A stretch of 64,000 bases of DNA. Source: Salpingoeca rosetta. Taxonomy: Eukaryota > Protista > Choanoflagellata. The notes beneath the pieces are model-generated. The model saw nothing but the letters and a program-made list of their open reading frames with translations, was not told the DNA's origin and searched no databases. Below are positions 55,003 to 64,000 of the stretch, one piece after another. Made by a program: the position numbers and the translations under genes. The stretch is taken from positions 464,471 to 528,470 of the forward strand of contig JAWQFM010000009.1 in assembly GCA_033442325.1 (NCBI GenBank). Reading direction: 5' to 3'. The stretch's first letter is position 1; each line of letters starts with the position of its first letter.

Positions 55003-57809
55003 TCATGAGTCTGTGATGATGATCTTGTTTGCGCCTGCAGACGCGAGTTCACGCAAATGCTGCGGCAGCTTCGCAGACGTAGTGAGCTTATTCCTGGCCA
55101 ACTGTTTGATGCCTGCAAGCACGGATTTCCCCTGCAATTTCACGGTGCAGCGGAAGGGCGCTGGCAGCGCAACGCCGCCCTTGAACGTCGTCTCAAGCTG
55201 GTTGGCATCGTGGTGGTGGTAGTGGTGTGTGTGTGTGTGTGTGTGCGTGTGTGTGTGTGTGCGTGAGAGAGTGTGTGAGTGTGTGAGTGAGTGGTGACAA
55301 GCAAGGGCAAGTGTTGGCATGAAGGTGACAGGCCAACGTGTCTCGCAGTCCCAACATCAAGACCATGCACAAAGAAAAAGCAACAAACACAGCAAACAAA
55401 CAAAGCAAACAAAACAAGAAAACACATGGCCTACCTGCAGCTCTGCGCGTTGGAGGGTGGGCGGGTCGAGGAGACCAAAGTCTTCAAACTCCTTCGCGCG
55501 AATGTCCTCGAGTGCATCGCGGTCCGCGTGCACAATCCCGCCGCCGTCCAGATCGCGCGTGTCAACCTCTGCATGCATCAGCGCAAGCGTGCGTGCGTGC
55601 GTGTGTGTGTGTGTATGTGTGTGTATGTGTGTGTGTGTGTGTGTGCATTTGTGTGTGTGACATTTGCATGCGTATGTGATTCCGCCCATGTACATGCACT
55701 GCACCTGTACACAATCCAGCAGCATTGTTTCCAGACACTCGTGCAAGACCAAGAGCATGTGTTGCGCGCATCAGCTGACTTGGTTTCTTCTGCGGACGGC
55801 GATTCAGTGGGGAATGGTCGTACAGCCCTGCACGGTACATGGACAAGTGGCCCTGATGTCCGCACATGGAGCGAGGAAGTGACATTGAGGCAGAACGCGT
55901 GTAGAAATGCAAGGAGTAGGTGCACACATTTGGGAACTAAGCTGTGCAACGCACACAAACATGCACAAACGCACACAAACATGCACAAACATGCACAAAC
56001 ATGCACAAACATACACAAACACACACACACACACAAACATGTACACGTGCACATACCTGACTGTGTTTGTGGACGAGGAGGTTGAGAAGAGCTGCCGGTT
56101 TGGTGCCGGTCAGCTCAATTGGTTGTAACTGCATTGTGGACACACGCGGGCCCACGTGAACATGCGAAGAGCAGAGAAGAGGCAAAGGAGGTGAGGAAGC
56201 TGGAAGGGGATCATCAAGGCTGCGTACACATGAACCGAAACGAATGACAGCAATGAAACAAACAAGCAAGCGCCGCAGTCACCACCACCACCACCACCAA
56301 TGAGAGACTGGCTGCTGCAGACCTTCTTGAAGCCAAATGCGTGGGCCATGCATGCTGTGAAGATGGCGGTGGCTGATTTCGGGATGTTGGTGAACACGAG
56401 AAACGGCTGCTCCGGGACATATGCGGCCATGATTGTTGTGGACGACGGGCCAACCCTGCCGGTGATTGTGGCGGTCGTCATCGTCATCATGGGGCAAGGG
56501 GGGAGGGGGCAGCGTCAGCGAGAGATGCAAGTGCATGTGGTTGTGCGTGCGTGTAAGTGTGTGTGTGTTTGTGTGTTTGTGTGTGGTTGTGGTTGTGGTT
56601 GTGGTTGTGTGTGTGTGTGTGTGTGTGTCTGTGGTTGTGTACATGTGTGATTGCTCACGTGTGTGTGCGTGATTGCAGGACCAACAACCGCAAGCTCAAC
56701 AAAAGCCTGCTCGCTGCAACTCACTGTTGCTGGCCGAGGTATATTCTGACGACAAAGTGTGACGCCTCGATTTGTTTCGCTGTGACATGCTGTTGTGTGT
56801 GTGTGTGGGGGGGGGGGGGGGTGAAGCACCATGTGAGTGTATGTGTGGAAGAAGAATAACAAGGGGAATGTGAGGAATGCCTTAATGTGCACCGCACCCT
56901 GCTCTGCGCAGTGTCCAACCCCTCACCAGTGAGCATCATGCAATAGCATCACCTTCCCTCTATACAAGCCCTCCCCCTCTCACGCAAACCATTGTTTCTC
57001 AGAGTACTCACGTGTGAGAAGTAGCTGTCCAGCTGCGCAGATGTGTTATCTTCAATGGCTTGTGCCGACAGCATGTCCGACGTGCCTACACCAAACCAAG
57101 GGTGAACGGTGATTGTGCATGTCAGCAAATCGTACGTTGCTATTGTGTGTGTATGTGTGTACGTGTGTATGTGCCTGTCTGTCTGTATGTGTGCGTGTCT
57201 GTCTGTCTGTCTGTATGTGTGCGTGTCTGTCTGTCTGTCTGCCTGTCTGTCTCTCTGTCTATCTCTCTCTGTCTATCTCCCTCTGTCTGTGCTTCATGGC
57301 CCGCGAGTAAAACCTTTCGCTTCAATCTGCAGGGTGTACCTGGGAGCGGGTCCACAGCGCGGAATGCGGTCCATTTTCGCGCGAGTTGTTTGATTTCCAA
57401 GGCCAACAAGTCCAGCGTTGCCAGGTGCCCGTGTGATAACCCTCCATACGTCTACAAATGAAAACCCGGGAGCGAGCGCATGGGAAAGCGCATGCGAGTT
57501 TGATCAGTGAGCGTATGTGCATCAGCGCATGTCAGGGAGTGCACGCGCAACTCTGTGTGCGCGTACAATGGTTGCCCCAATGCAGACACGGAACACACCA
57601 ACCCAGATGCGCAAGCACACGTGAAAGGCGCGGGCAAGTAACCTGAAGGATGTAAGTGCAGGCTTGTTGGACAGCCTGCGTCTTGGTTCTGTATGCCTGC
57701 ACATCCACATCCACGCTGATGGCGCTCAGTGCCTGCGGCAGCTCTGTGCGCGTGAACCGGCTCAGCACTCGCTGAATCTCCAGCGGATCGTCACACGCCG
57801 TGCCCCCCA

Positions 57810-57813
<4 letters not shown>
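55003..57813 (-). CDS. CENPN: Centromere protein N (CENP-N/Chl4/Mis15)
   Basis: [13 protein letters not shown]…RKWTAFR (cf. CENP-N 'AALLDIIY…KVWDVF'), [41 protein letters not shown]|LETTFKG…[21 protein letters not shown]…LP…GANKIII. Start ATG sits directly after a CA repeat, so the start is uncertain. Confidence 0.78.
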
Positions 57814-57907
<94 letters not shown>

Positions 57908-58026
57908 CTGTGTGTGTGTGTGTGTCTGTGTGTGTGTCTGTGTGTGTGTGTGCACGGCGGTGCCCTCTTCTGTTGTTGTTGTTTGCCCTCTCTTGAAACT
58001 TTGGCGGCCGCCAACAACGGTTGAGC

Positions 58027-58068
58027 AAAGGCAAAATTGCCTTCATCCCCAACGTCAATTTTGCATTT
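58027..58068. promoter_or_regulatory. Palindromic motif AAAGGCAAAATTGCCTT plus degenerate ACGTCAATTTTGCATTT in the CENP-N/OCA2 divergent promoter
   Basis: Same consensus, again as a pair about 25 bp apart. Confidence 0.55.
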
Positions 58069-58358
58069 TCTCTCCAGAAGAAGCAAAAGCAGAGCAGCGA
58101 GATGGTCAGCGTCCTCCTTACGCTTGCTGTGTGTGTGTCTCTCCAATATGAGTGGCAGCTTGCATGATGACTCGCTACTGCATAGCTGTGCGCTTGTTCG
58201 TTTGTTTGGCTTCGGTCGTGATGACGCATGTGGGCGCCAGGGCTGGCCGCACTGTCAAAGTGGCCTGTCGTGTTGCCTGCTGCCACGATACACACTCATT
58301 CATTCATGCATTCATTCATTCATTCATTTTGTGATCCAACCCCCGCACACTGCCGCTC

Positions 58359-64000
<5,642 letters not shown>

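Overview
Intron-rich, gene-dense eukaryotic DNA (GC-rich exons, GT-AG introns full of (CA)n/(GT)n repeats, CAA-encoded polyQ). It looks like a choanoflagellate such as Salpingoeca rosetta; this is inferred from style and gene content. Reading across splice sites I assemble 17 protein-coding genes: a partial hypothetical (+), PIMT/PCMT1 (-), SIRT1-type sirtuin (+), RAD1 (-), an intronless polyQ protein with an unexplained N-terminal domain (+), an MscS-like channel (-), BCCIP/Bcp1 (+), RPL17 (-), TM6SF/EXPERA (+), a CAP-Gly coiled-coil protein (-), myosin II heavy chain (+), a mitochondrial carrier (-), a CEP97-like IQ protein (+), DERA (-), an FBXO48-like F-box protein (+), CENP-N (-) and a partial OCA2/P protein (+). 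Two higher-order features stand out: all 17 genes strictly alternate in strand, giving eight head-to-head pairs, and a palindromic motif AAG[GT]CAAWWTTG[AC]CTT recurs in four of the divergent promoters. Also notable are GT...AC repeat polarity within introns, a half-length myosin II tail and structured RPL17 introns. Exon boundaries were placed by eye and family assignments come from remembered motifs, not database searches.
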